This document shows, piece by piece, positions 63,646 to 64,000 of a DNA stretch of 64,000 nt. This DNA comes from Phoronis australis. Taxonomy: Eukaryota > Animalia > Phoronida. The first letter of the stretch is position 1; each line of letters starts with the position of its first letter. The notes beneath the pieces are model-generated. The model did no database searches. It was not told where the DNA came from and worked only from the letters and a program-made list of their open reading frames with translations. The DNA is taken from NCBI GenBank assembly GCA_002633005.1, contig NMRA01000217.1:186001-250000 (forward strand), given 5' to 3'. A program made the position numbers and the translations under genes.

Positions 63646-64000
63646 CTGAAATTACACCAAGGCCAGTTAACAGGGGACGCCACTCAGGAACTCACCTGTA
63701 CGTGAAGTACAGAATATTTATCATGATACAAAACTGGTCTTAACAAAATGACTGAAACTTATTTTTGCAGTTGATTAAATTTAAGCCCGATTTCACGTCC
63801 AAGTGTGCCAAGTGGACAATTTGAGAACTAGGATATGAGTTAATGGTCTTAATCTATACTGCAACATTCTAAAATAAATAAATATAGAATGTATATAATT
63901 ATTCACGAGGTGCTGCTAATGACAAAAGGGGATGGTTCATTTTGTTTACCAGCAAGCTGTCATTCCTGGCACAACAGTACCAGGTGACTATCTGAAACAA

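Overview
Metazoan (probably marine invertebrate) draft-assembly genomic DNA of moderate AT-richness, with spliceosomal GT-AG introns and several N gaps. The ORF track hides the real gene structures, so I rebuilt them by hand from splice sites and frame continuity. Genes: the 3' end of an ERG/FLI-class ETS factor (+), tRNA-Gly(TCC), an orphan multi-exon protein that is probably secreted (+), a TLDc-domain exon (+), a ~1000-aa three-exon coiled-coil protein (-), a tandem double-BTB/BACK/degenerate-kelch gene (-), and the last 11 coding exons of SPT5 (-). A diverged, intron-retaining partial duplicate of SPT5 (KOW5 exon, truncated CTR exon and 3'UTR) lies ~20 kb from the parent, directly downstream of the BTB-kelch gene on the same strand. 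The rest is LINE remnants, tRNA-derived SINE heads, non-autonomous DNA transposons (some with 5- or 6-bp TSDs), microsatellites and two gap-adjacent duplications that are probably haplotype artefacts. The most interesting leads are hypotheses, not demonstrated systems: (1) a phase-compatible splice path from the BTB-kelch gene into the SPT5-KOW5 copy; (2) an IS3EU-like element that may donate promoter and first exon to the TLDc gene; (3) a ~150-bp-periodic array of CTCF-like motifs carried by a repeat. All alignments were done by eye and no databases were searched.
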